Below, one piece after another: positions 1 to 11,300 of a DNA stretch of 64,000 nt. Both the position numbers and the translations under genes were made by a program. Location: the NCBI GenBank assembly GCA_945891385.1, contig CAMDDJ010000005.1, forward strand, positions 5,819-69,818, written 5' to 3'. Below the pieces are notes generated by a model. That model was not told the DNA's origin and did no database searches. It saw nothing but the letters and a program-made list of their open reading frames with translations. The stretch's first letter is position 1, and every line of letters starts with the position of its first letter. The stretch is from Candidatus Kuenenia stuttgartensis (GTDB lineage: Bacteria > Planctomycetota > Planctomycetia > Pirellulales > UBA1268).

Positions 1-50
1 GGTAGCGAAGCATGGGAGTTGTTGCCGACACCGCAGGTGGGCGGCCGAGA

Positions 51-929
51 TCACCCTCCGAAGGCACTGTATCGCCGCGTGCCCCGCCGCCAGGCGAGCC
101 GGCAGGCCACGGCCATCACCACCACCCAGACGGCCTCGACCACGAGCAGCCGGACGAGCTCCGCTCCCCGCACCTTCCCCAGCCAGACGGCGGCCGGAAA
201 GTAGGCCGTGAACTGAAAGGGCAGCCAGGACACGACATCGGCCAGGCTCGTGCCCGGGATGCCGGAGGGAATCCCGGCCAGCATGTCGATCGGAAACATG
301 TGGCCCGAGAGCAGGTACTGCACGAGCATGTAGCCGAAGACCAGGCTCGAGATCTCGAGAAACCAGAAGCCGAGCATTCCGAGGGCGGCCTCGAGAAAGA
401 AGCCGAGCAGGAAGGAGAGCAGCAGCGCGCCCAGGAAGGCCGCCACGGTCGTGGCGTCGGGGAGCGGCGGAAAGAAACTGCGGCACAGAAAGAACACCAG
501 GGCGAAGGGGGCCGCAGCCACGGCGTAGTAGACGAGCTTGTGGGCGACGCGGGAGGCGAGCAGAAACGAGAGGTAGTCGACTGGCTGCACGAGAAACTTC
601 TTGATCGAGCCGTCGCGGATGCTCCGGGCGATCCCGGTGGCCAGGCCCGGCATGCTGGAGAAGGCCCGGGAGAGCATCGTGAGCAGGTAATAGGCGACGA
701 TGTCGTTGCGGGAGTAGCCGGCAATGTCGCCGCGGGCGGTGGCCGAAAAGACGGCGGTCCAGAGAAACACCTGGGTCACGATCGGCAGAAACCGCATCAG
801 CGTGCCCAGGGCGAAGTCGCCCCGGTAGACGAGCCGCTCCTCGATCGAGATCACGAGCATCGTCCACCAGATCCGCAGCCCGGCCAGCGGGTCGGAGGCA
901 GCGGCGGACGTGTCGGACGGGCCGCTCAT
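51..929 (-). CDS. ABC-2 type transporter permease
   Basis: 292-aa ORF with a multi-helix hydrophobic profile. Its ATG (927-929) overlaps the stop (926-928) of the upstream ABC ATPase as ATGA, which fits a coupled ATPase/permease pair. Confidence 0.7.
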   Translation of the reverse strand: MSGPSDTSAAASDPLAGLRIWWTMLVISIEERLVYRGDFALGTLMRFLPIVTQVFLWTAVFSATARGDIAGYSRNDIVAYYLLTMLSRAFSSMPGLATGIARSIRDGSIKKFLVQPVDYLSFLLASRVAHKLVYYAVAAAPFALVFFLCRSFFPPLPDATTVAAFLGALLLSFLLGFFLEAALGMLGFWFLEISSLVFGYMLVQYLLSGHMFPIDMLAGIPSGIPGTSLADVVSWLPFQFTAYFPAAVWLGKVRGAELVRLLVVEAVWVVVMAVACRLAWRRGTRRYSAFGG

Positions 930-1966
930 CGGCTCGCCTCCGCAGGCTGCGACCGGCGGTCGGCCGACCGGAACAGTCCGGCCACGATCTCCTCGAGCGG
1001 CACGTCCTCGACCGACACGTCGAGCACGCCCGAGTCGCGGAGGAGTTCCGGCAGGGCGTCGGCAATCCGGGCCCGGTCGATCCGGAGCACGACCCGGGGC
1101 CCGCGAACCTCGCAGGGGAACCCGAGCCGGGCGATCCGGGCCGGATCGGGTTCCGCGTCGAGGTCGAGCGTCACGATCTTGTGCGTCGTGAAGCGATCGA
1201 CGATCTCGGCCAGTGAGCCGTCGTAGAGGATCTCACCACCGGTGATCACCACCAGCCGTTCGCAGAGGGCGGCCACATCCTTCATGTAGTGGGTCGTGAG
1301 GATCACGGTCATCTGCCGCTCCGCCTGCACGTGCCGGAGAAAGGCGTGGATCGTGTGCTGGGCCACCACGTCGAGGCCGATCGTGGGCTCGTCGAGAAAC
1401 AACACCTCCGGCTCGTGGAGGAGCGCCGCGACGAGTTCGAGCTTCATCCGCTCGCCGAGCGAGAGTTCGCGGACCGGCTGGAGGATCAGCTTGCGGACGC
1501 CCAGCAGATCGACCAGTTCGTCGCGGGTGCGGGCGAACCGGGCCGGATCGAGCCGGTAGATCTCCTGGTGGAGCCGGAAGCTCTCGGCCGCCGGCAGATC
1601 CCACCAGAGCTGATTCCGCTGGCCCATCACCAGGGCGAACCGACGGCGGAAGTCGTCGGCCCGTTCCCAGGGCACATGGCCCAGGACGGTGGCCGTGCCG
1701 CGGGTGGGCGTGATGATGCCCGAGAGCATCTTGAGGAGCGTCGTCTTGCCGGCCCCGTTCGGTCCGAGAAGCGCGACGAACTCGCCCCGGGCCACCTCCA
1801 GATCGACGCCCCGCACGGCCTCGACCGTCCGGCTCCGGCGACGAAACAGAGCCCGGACGCTCGCGAGCAGCCCTTCCGGCTTGTCGAAAACCCGATATTC
1901 CTTGGCGAGCCCCGTCACGCGGATCACGGGCTCGGCGTCCCCGACGGCGCCGGTGGCGTTGTGCAT
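926..1966 (-). CDS. ABC transporter ATP-binding protein
   Basis: Walker A GPNGAGKTT, signature LSLGERMK, Walker B LFLDEPT. Start taken at MHNATG (cat at 1964-1966). The rest of the 966-aa track ORF is antisense to ispF/cysS. Confidence 0.85.
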   Translation of the reverse strand: MHNATGAVGDAEPVIRVTGLAKEYRVFDKPEGLLASVRALFRRRSRTVEAVRGVDLEVARGEFVALLGPNGAGKTTLLKMLSGIITPTRGTATVLGHVPWERADDFRRRFALVMGQRNQLWWDLPAAESFRLHQEIYRLDPARFARTRDELVDLLGVRKLILQPVRELSLGERMKLELVAALLHEPEVLFLDEPTIGLDVVAQHTIHAFLRHVQAERQMTVILTTHYMKDVAALCERLVVITGGEILYDGSLAEIVDRFTTHKIVTLDLDAEPDPARIARLGFPCEVRGPRVVLRIDRARIADALPELLRDSGVLDVSVEDVPLEEIVAGLFRSADRRSQPAEASR

Positions 1967-2003
1967 GCGACGAGTATAGGCGAAAACGCTGCCTACCCCG
2001 GAG

Positions 2004-2495
2004 GTGTTTTCAATCATGCATCGCGTCGGCATCGGCCACGATACCCACCGCCTGGAAGCCGGCACGGCGCTGGTGCTCGGTGGAATCACGATCCCCCACG
2101 ACAAGTCGGCGATCGGCCACAGTGACGCCGACGTGCTCCTCCACGCGATCACCGACGCCCTGCTCGGGGCGGCCGCCCTGGGCGACATCGGCGAGTTGTT
2201 TCCCGACACCGATCCGGCCAATCGGGGCCGCGACTCGGCCGAAATGCTGCGGGCCGCGGCCGATCGCCTGGCCGCCGCCGGCTGGCAGGTTGCAAACCTG
2301 GATTGCGTGATTTTCGCCCAGCGGCCCAAAATCCTCCCGCACCGTCCCGCCATCCGGCGACGGATCGCGGAGATCCTCGGCCTCGACGAACAGGCCGTCT
2401 GGCTCAAGGCGAAGACCGGCGAAGGGGTGGGACCGATCGGCGAGGAACGGGCGATCGCCGCGGAGTGCGTCGCGCTCGTCGAGCGCCGGGCCTGA
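2004..2495 (+). CDS. ispF: 2-C-methyl-D-erythritol 2,4-cyclodiphosphate synthase
   Basis: 163-aa ORF with GIGHDTHRL and HSDADVLLHAITDALLGA motifs typical of IspF. The start could be the second ATG at 2016. Confidence 0.9.
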   Translation: MFSIMHRVGIGHDTHRLEAGTALVLGGITIPHDKSAIGHSDADVLLHAITDALLGAAALGDIGELFPDTDPANRGRDSAEMLRAAADRLAAAGWQVANLDCVIFAQRPKILPHRPAIRRRIAEILGLDEQAVWLKAKTGEGVGPIGEERAIAAECVALVERRA

Positions 2496-2533
2496 GCCCG
2501 GCGGACAGACACCACGAGGAGTACATAGTCACG

Positions 2534-4123
2534 GTGGAAACCAAGCAGACGGCGGCAGGACCCGATTCGCTCCCGGCGATCGAGGTCTACAGCACCCTTT
2601 CCCGCACGAAAGGCCCGCTGGACACCGTGACGCCGGGCCACGTCGGGATGTATCTCTGCGGACCGACCGTCTACAAGCCCAGCCACATCGGCCACATGGT
2701 GGGCCCGGTGATCTTCGACACCGTCAAGCGGCACCTCGTCTACTCCGGGTATGGCGTCACCTGGGTGGTCAACATCACCGACGTCGACGACAAGATCATC
2801 GCCGAGAGCACGACCCGCGGCACGACGATGGCCGCGCTGGCCGAGGAAATGACGGCCGATTACCTGGCCAACCTCGCCTGCCTCGGTGTGACCGGCATCG
2901 ACGAGATGCCCAAGGCCACCGACCACATCGGCACGATCATCGCCTTCATCGAAGGCTTGGTGGCCAAGGGCTGCGCCTATGCGAGCGACGGCGACGTCTA
3001 CTTCGACGTCACCCGCGATACCGACTACGGCAAGCTCACCAACCGGTCCGTCGAGCAGATGCAGGGCGAAGGCGGCTCGACCGCCGATCGGAAGCGGTCT
3101 GCGGCCGATTTCGCCCTCTGGAAGCAGGCCAAGCCGGGCGAGCCCTCCTGGGAGAGCCCCTGGGGTCCAGGCCGCCCCGGCTGGCACATCGAATGCTCGG
3201 CGATGAGCAAGGCGATTCTCGGCGAGACCTTCGACATCCACGGCGGGGGGCTCGACCTCGTCTTTCCCCACCACGAGAACGAGATCGCCCAGAGCGAGTC
3301 GCTCCACGACCGGCCGATGGCGCGGGTCTGGATGCACAATGGCCTGATGCAGGCCGGCGGCGCCGCCGGGAAGGTGGGCGGCCGTCCGCGGGAAGCCGGC
3401 CAGCCCGACGAGGCAGCCGACGCGGCGGCCCAGGCCGCCACCAAGATCTCGAAATCCACCGGCGCCGAGCCGTTCAAAACCCTCCTGGCTCGGCATCGTC
3501 CCGAGGCGATCCGCCTGCTCCTCATCTCCACCCACTACCGCAGCCCGATCCATTTCGGCGAGGAGCCGCTGCGGGAGAGCGCGAAGGCGATGGAGGCTTT
3601 CGAGCGGCTCTTTGCCCGGTTCGCCCGGATCGGCGGCAAGGCCTTCCACTCGCTGCCCGGCCGGACCCGGAAGGCCGGCGATGCCGCGGTCGCTGCGGCC
3701 GGCCCGGAGGCGGTCCAACTGCGGGCCAAGTTCCTGGCCGCGATGGACGACGACTTCAACACCGCGATCGCCGTGGCCGCCCTGTTCGACTTCGTCCGCA
3801 CGGTCAACAAGTACATCGATCAGCACGCTCTGGAGACGAAGAAGCCTCCGGCCGAACTCGCGGGCCTCGAAGCCCGGATGCTCGTGCTCCGTGAGCTCAC
3901 CGGCGTGCTCGGCCTGTTTCTCGAACCGCCCGCGGCCGAAACCGGGGGCGAGGCCGACGAGGGCCTCGTGGGCAAGCTCATGGAGCTCGTCATCGAGATC
4001 CGGGCCAACGCCCGCGCGAACAAGGATTTCGCCACGGCCGACCTGGTCCGCAACCGACTGGGTGAGGCCGGCGTCGTGCTGGAAGACCGCCCCGACGGCA
4101 CCGGCTGGTCACGCAAGCCGTGA
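2534..4123 (+). CDS. cysS: cysteine--tRNA ligase
   Basis: Class I aaRS HIGH-type motif (PSHIGHM), WHIECS zinc site and a KMSKS variant (KISKS). In-frame GTG at 2534 follows GAGGAG. The upstream part of the track ORF is Arg/Pro-rich and overlaps ispF. Confidence 0.88.
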   Translation: METKQTAAGPDSLPAIEVYSTLSRTKGPLDTVTPGHVGMYLCGPTVYKPSHIGHMVGPVIFDTVKRHLVYSGYGVTWVVNITDVDDKIIAESTTRGTTMAALAEEMTADYLANLACLGVTGIDEMPKATDHIGTIIAFIEGLVAKGCAYASDGDVYFDVTRDTDYGKLTNRSVEQMQGEGGSTADRKRSAADFALWKQAKPGEPSWESPWGPGRPGWHIECSAMSKAILGETFDIHGGGLDLVFPHHENEIAQSESLHDRPMARVWMHNGLMQAGGAAGKVGGRPREAGQPDEAADAAAQAATKISKSTGAEPFKTLLARHRPEAIRLLLISTHYRSPIHFGEEPLRESAKAMEAFERLFARFARIGGKAFHSLPGRTRKAGDAAVAAAGPEAVQLRAKFLAAMDDDFNTAIAVAALFDFVRTVNKYIDQHALETKKPPAELAGLEARMLVLRELTGVLGLFLEPPAAETGGEADEGLVGKLMELVIEIRANARANKDFATADLVRNRLGEAGVVLEDRPDGTGWSRKP

Positions 4124-5173
4124 ACGACGGCGGGCGATCAGCCAGGTTGCCATGACTGCCGCCGCGCCGCCCAGGCCGAGCGCAGGCTCGGGCACGACGG
4201 AGAGGGCATAAAGATCCTGATTCAGCCCGCCGCCGTTGTCTGAAATCAACAGCAGACTCCGCGAGCCATCGGCAAGCACGGGCCCGTAGCTCATGCCCTC
4301 GAAGTTCGACAAGCCGAATGACCGCTCCCAGAGCAGGGTCTTGGCGAGGGGCGTGAAGCCCCCGGCGTCGATCGTGGGCAGCGCCGAGACATCGCTGCCG
4401 CTGGTCGTATCCACCAGGTAGAGGCGGGAGCGAAACTGGGGCACGACGGCCCCACCGAGCTCCCGCTCCAGCACCAGCAGCTCCGTCTCGGTCCAGGGCA
4501 GGATGTCGACCACGCCGCTCCGCTCGGCCGAGATGAAGGGGTTCAGGGCGGTGATCGGATCGGTGCGGTAGCCCCACTGCCCCGCGGTCGTGAGCGACTC
4601 GTCGAATCGCTGAATCCGCACCCAGCTGCCGGCGGTCGTCGTCGCGAGCGGGCCATCGGGCGCGAGGGCTTCCTCGTTGGCCGTCCAGAGACCGCCGGCG
4701 CCGAAGGCCAGCGACTCGAGCCCCATGTTGCTCTGCACGTTCGCCGCCGCGTAGATCGCCGGCACGCCCACGCTGCCGACGAGACCGCCGGTTGAAAGAC
4801 TGAATTCGTTGATCGTGGAGGCGACCTCGTCGGAGACGAAGACGGTGCCCGACGCGGCCCGGTAGGCGATGCCCTCGGAATCGGTGCCGAGCCCCGGGGC
4901 CGCGATGCCGCCGGTGACCGCCGCCGACCCGATCCAGCCGGTCGCCGGATCGATGCTCAGCGAAAGGGTCCAGATCGTCGCCGCAGCGTTGTCGCCGACG
5001 GCGTGGTAGGTCGAGCCACCGACGTGCGTGATGCCGCTGAGTTCCGCGGCGGCCGTCGCCCCGGAGGAAAGCGACACGCTCCCCTGCCCCGGGTCGATCA
5101 CCGCAGGCTGGCCGCTGGCGACCGCCGCCGCCAGGCCCCAGCACCCGAGCGTGATCACGATTGCCCGCCTCAT
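4109..5173 (-). CDS. secreted phytase-like (esterase-like activity of phytase family) protein with PEP-CTERM anchor
   Basis: N-terminal signal peptide (MRRAIVITLGCWGLAAAVASG). The C-terminus is VPEP + hydrophobic helix + RRRSR, the PEP-CTERM architecture. The body resembles phytase-like beta-propeller proteins. The family call is by recollection only. Confidence 0.65.
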   Translation of the reverse strand: MRRAIVITLGCWGLAAAVASGQPAVIDPGQGSVSLSSGATAAAELSGITHVGGSTYHAVGDNAAATIWTLSLSIDPATGWIGSAAVTGGIAAPGLGTDSEGIAYRAASGTVFVSDEVASTINEFSLSTGGLVGSVGVPAIYAAANVQSNMGLESLAFGAGGLWTANEEALAPDGPLATTTAGSWVRIQRFDESLTTAGQWGYRTDPITALNPFISAERSGVVDILPWTETELLVLERELGGAVVPQFRSRLYLVDTTSGSDVSALPTIDAGGFTPLAKTLLWERSFGLSNFEGMSYGPVLADGSRSLLLISDNGGGLNQDLYALSVVPEPALGLGGAAAVMATWLIARRRSRLA

Positions 5174-5204
5174 CGCCCCATCTCCCTGCCGGCCACTCTC
5201 GATT

Positions 5205-7133
<1,929 letters not shown>

Positions 7134-7222
7134 CCATCGAACCGCTGCCAGACGAGTCATTTCCAAATGGCCCTTGGGGGCCGGGGCCCGAACTGCTCGC
7201 GTCGTTCGCCCAGTTTCCCGGC

Positions 7223-7250
7223 TTGCATCATTTCTACGTTTTCGTAGAGT
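7223..7250 (+). promoter_or_regulatory. putative sigma70-type promoter with palindromic operator for the TA operon
   Basis: TTGCAT (7223-7228), a 16-nt spacer, then TAGAGT (7245-7250), 44 nt before the antitoxin ATG. The perfect palindrome CTACG-TTTT-CGTAG (7234-7247) overlaps the spacer and -10. Confidence 0.4.
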
Positions 7251-7293
7251 TATGGATCGGGCTTTCAACGCTTCGGCGAGGTGGGAGATACCC

Positions 7294-7566
7294 ATGGCAG
7301 TTGACGTGTCACAAGTTTCCGCCGTGATCGCCGACACGACTCGCGAGCGGCTCGAGCGATTCGCCAAACAGCACGGGGTCAAGAAGTCCCACCTGATCGA
7401 AACAGCCATCCTGCATCATCTGGCCGCGCTCGAGGAGCTGCCAGCCGACGTCGTGGTGCCCCCGGCGCTCGTGCTTTCTCGCGAGGAGGGGGCTGATCTG
7501 ATCCGCCGCATCGAGCGGCCGGCGCCGCCAACACCGGCACTGAAGGCCCTGTTCGATGCAGATTGA
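7294..7566 (+). CDS. ribbon-helix-helix (CopG/Arc-like) antitoxin
   Basis: 90 aa. GGGAG lies 6 nt before the ATG at 7294. The N-terminal RHH-like segment is VIADTTRERLERFAKQHGVKKSHLIETAILHHL. It overlaps the GNAT gene by 11 nt. Confidence 0.7.
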   Translation: MAVDVSQVSAVIADTTRERLERFAKQHGVKKSHLIETAILHHLAALEELPADVVVPPALVLSREEGADLIRRIERPAPPTPALKALFDAD

Positions 7567-8074
7567 GATCCGGCCGCTGCGGCTGGAGGACGAGCGGTCT
7601 TCGTTCTCGTCCGGTGACATCGAACTCGATCGCTTCTTTCGCAACTACGCAGGCCTGAACCAGTTTCGTCTCCATCTGGGCACGACCTACGTAGCTGTCG
7701 GCGACGGCACCGTCGTGGGCTATGCAACGGTCGCGCCGGGATCGATCGCGATCAGTCAACTGCCACGATCGGAGCGGCGGCGTTTGCCGGCCTACCCGCT
7801 GCCGATCCTGCGTCTGGCACGGCTCGCTGTCGCCACAACTCACCAAGGCCGCGGCATCGGCTCACGGCTCGTACGATTCTCGCTGGAGCTTGCCCGTGAG
7901 ATGGCGACGCGGTTCGGCTGCATCGGCGTCGTTGTCGATGCAAAGCCCGCCGCGGTGGCCTTTTACGTGCGCCTCGGGTTCGCGGGCCTGGTGGTCGAGG
8001 CTGGCGAACTGCCCAGCCGACCTCGGCCGCAGGTCTTGTTTCTGCCAATCGGGTCGATTCCCCCCCGCCGGTGA
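7556..8074 (+). CDS. GNAT-family N-acetyltransferase toxin (TacT/AtaT/KacT-like)
   Basis: 172 aa with acetyl-CoA motif HQGRGIGSRL. Its size and its overlap with an upstream RHH gene match type II GNAT/RHH TA modules. Confidence 0.72.
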   Translation: MQIEIRPLRLEDERSSFSSGDIELDRFFRNYAGLNQFRLHLGTTYVAVGDGTVVGYATVAPGSIAISQLPRSERRRLPAYPLPILRLARLAVATTHQGRGIGSRLVRFSLELAREMATRFGCIGVVVDAKPAAVAFYVRLGFAGLVVEAGELPSRPRPQVLFLPIGSIPPRR

Positions 8075-8082
8075 CGACCGAC

Positions 8083-8285
8083 CCGCGTCGCCGGGGCCGC
8101 GGAAGTGCCAGAGGCCGAGCGAGCCTTTGAACTCAGAGCGTCTTGAGGTACTCGAGCAGGGCCCGCTTCTGGTCGTCGTCGAGCACGTCGGCGAAGTCGT
8201 GGCCGGCGGCGCTCTTCCCGGGGCGACGCGTGTCGAAATACCGACGCCGCTCCGCAGGCCGTAGCCTGCCCTCGGGCAGGTCGGC
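8083..8285 (-). repeat. copy B of the cytochrome c gene 3' end plus 50 nt of downstream sequence
   Basis: ~203-bp direct repeat of 12511-12713. The TGA is retained (8133-8135). Most differences from copy C are synonymous third-position changes. Confidence 0.85.
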
Positions 8286-8306
8286 TCGACTCAACTAGCT
8301 ACCCGA

Positions 8307-11300
8307 TCAAGACCAGCCGAGAGCTTTGAACTGTTGTAAGAACAACTTCGTCGCTTCCCCGGGCCGCCCACCGTTGTTGGCAAAGGGCACCTCATCGACC
8401 ACCTCGATCCTCGGCAGGTCAGTGCCGTATTTCTCGTTGAAGGCCTTGAGGTCGTCGAGTCTTTCCTCAAGGTCTGCGTCATTTATATCGCCAATTGCTT
8501 CGAAAATGCTCTCGTCCGTGAGGACACTTTCAGCAAAGGACGATCCGTCGGCGGCAGCTACGGACACGGAATCGACGGTGGCGTCGACGACTTCGGCGCC
8601 AGCAATGGCGGCGTCTCCCGTGCCCAAGGTCAGGATTGAGACTCCAACGAGGGCGATAGCTTCGCCAGCGATTTCCTCGAGAGCGACGGCCCAGGGTGGC
8701 TGATCGTTGATTTCATTTTGCGTCATCAGCTTGAACTGGGCGCCTGCAGGCGTGCTGCCGCTTGCCGCCGGAAGACCTTGCCCGCTCGGGGACGATAGGT
8801 AGCCGTTGTATCCCAGACCTGCGTTCTGGATCGTCATCGTCCAGTGTTGGCCGGCCCTCATCTGTGAGTTAAACAACGGCGTGATTTGGGCTGCCCAATA
8901 CATGCTGCTGCCCGAGCCATCAGCCCAGTCCGCGAGGTAGGTGCTGCAGTCTTCACCGACGCACGTGCCGTCGGCCTTCTGCACGGAGAACGTCATCTGG
9001 CTCGAACTGTCCGGTGCGATGTAGGCGATGGTCGTCTGCTGCCCCATCGGCACCGTCACCTGCTTTGTCGTGTAGGTAGGCGGTGTCGTGGTCGATCCCT
9101 TCTCCGGCTGGTCGGCGAAGTAGAACGTCAGCGGCCCGCCACCCGCACCGATGTTCGACTCGTTCACGATCGTGAGCGCCATCAGATCGACGCCCGTCAG
9201 GTGAACGGTGCCGAGCACGAGGGACTCGAACCCCTGGTCGAGCGCGATCACCGGGGCCTTGGACACGACGGCGCTCAGGATGCCGATGTTTTGGTTGTTC
9301 GGCAGCGTGAAGCTCGCCAACTGCTTGCCGTGGAGATTGCGGCAATAACCAAAAATGTGGGCCGGCGTGGTGACCAGGTCGCCCTGCTGATTGATCCGTT
9401 CGGGCTCCGTCTTGAGATTCAGCTCGCCAACAAAAGGCCGAGGCGTCGGCACCGGCGGGGCTATTTCGACGTAGGTGAGGTCATAAGCCATCGTGAGCGG
9501 GTCGGTGTTTTCCCAAAAATACTTGCCGCCGTTCGTGGTGCCAGAGAGCACAGGCATGCTCTCATTCCACTGCTCCTCCGGTGTCAAGGCATCCTTCGCA
9601 CGGGACCACGCGCCTGCGGAGGCAACATAGATGCCGTTGTATTGCTCGTAGACTTGGTTCTTCACCAGCACGCGATCACCCTCGGCCAGTGTCACGCCGT
9701 CGATCGTTTGGAGACCTGCAAATATCTCGGGAGTGAGATACAGGTTGGTGTTTTGCACAGGCGCGGTGGTGGCAACTCTCACCGGCATTTTTTCATTGTC
9801 CCCGGGAGCTATCGTGTAAACGGGCGGCCAGGGCGGATTTGACGACTGCGGCGGGCCGTCGCTCGCCCAGTCGTGGAACGACTGAGTCCACGTCTCCGTG
9901 GTGCCGTCGGTGAAGTTCAGCGTGATGGTCTGCGACAGCTGGTCGCCATTGGATGCCGCGCCGGCCAGGTAGAGATAGTCCGACTTGTCGGCATCGACGC
10001 TGACTTGGATCGTCTGGCCCTGGGCCTGGACGAAGTTCAGGGGGTTGTTCGTTGCGCTATTTCCACCGCCCCCAACTTGGCTCAACGCCGTGGGGATGGG
10101 GCCGATGGGGAACGAGATGCCATTGTAGATGATGGGCGTGCCGGGAATGGGTTCGCTCGTAGCCGAGCCGGTGTAGTCTGAGTTGTAGTAATTGCCGTTC
10201 CGGTCGAAGCCCTGGCTGTTTGGTGCCTGCCACGGCGGCGTCGTGATGCCAAACGCATTGAAGCTGCTCGAAAGGTCGATCGGCGTCGAGATCGGCGTCG
10301 CTGTTGATGAGGTCACTCCGACGGAGGGCGTGGCCGGCTGCGTCTGATACTCCAGCCGCACGCGCACGCTGTTCATGCCATATGGCACGGGATACTTGTG
10401 CGAGAAGCTTCCGTCCGCAGCGACCGGGATTCGGGCCTCTTGGAACCACGGGCCCAGTGAACCGTCCTGTAGGTTCTGGGCTTTTTCCACCACGATCGTG
10501 GCCCCAGCACGGACGCTCGCATCCACCTTCCCGGCGAACCGGAGCATCTCCCCAGCCTGGAAATGGGCCCGGAGTTGGTCGGGCTGGACCTCGCCGTTCA
10601 CGGTGCCGGGGAACAGATGGCTCGCGTAGATCGGATTGTCCTTGAGGTCTGCACGTTGCTTGGGGGTGAGCTTGCTCGTGTCAGACGAGATGATCATCGG
10701 GGTACCGGCGGGGAGGCCCTGCTCCGCTTCGATGGCGTCCGGAACGGCGTCCACCTGCAGATACACGAGACCCGCATGGCTGTCGCCGAGTGGGAGGCTC
10801 TTTGTGAACTGCTTCTGGGTGAGGCTGTTTGCGAGCTGCGCACGGGCTTTTGCTCCAGGATCCATAAAGGAGGCGCTGCTCCTGATGGTAAAATCGAGCT
10901 TGTTTGCAAAATCCGCCACTGTTGCCAAATCGTAGGAGCGAGCCTCACCGGCACCGGTCTTGGTAGCACCCCAGATTCTGGCGCTGCTGACCACTCCACC
11001 TTCGACGCTCGAGACTCCGTGCACGGTGGCCGGCACGTTGTAGACAAACGTCTTGCCGTCCTCGCGGGTCAGCTCGATCGTGTACCGGGTGCTCCGGCAG
11101 CCGCACCCATCCGTCGGTGCGCCCCAGGTGATCTTGGATCCCACGCCCGCTGTGTAGTCGATCGAGGGGCTCACGAGCCGGCCCGGCACCGCGCCCACCT
11201 CCGGGGTCGGGGCGATCGGGCCGCCAGCGGTGTCCAGGGGGCTCAGGGTGAACGCCGCAGCCATACCGACGTCGCCGCGGGCAGGCGTCCACCGGACAAC

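Noticed and set aside
1967-3826. Upstream 620 codons of the 966-aa minus-strand track ORF (926..3826)
   Set aside because: It is antisense to the clearly recognisable ispF and cysS genes. Its composition is Arg/Gly/Pro/Ala-rich, typical of high-GC shadow frames. The ABC ATPase domain begins only at MHNATG (1966).
8326-8703. 125-aa plus-strand ORF at the 3' end of the giant gene
   Set aside because: It is antisense to the uninterrupted 1338-aa ORF. Its Ser/Ala-rich composition has no motif.
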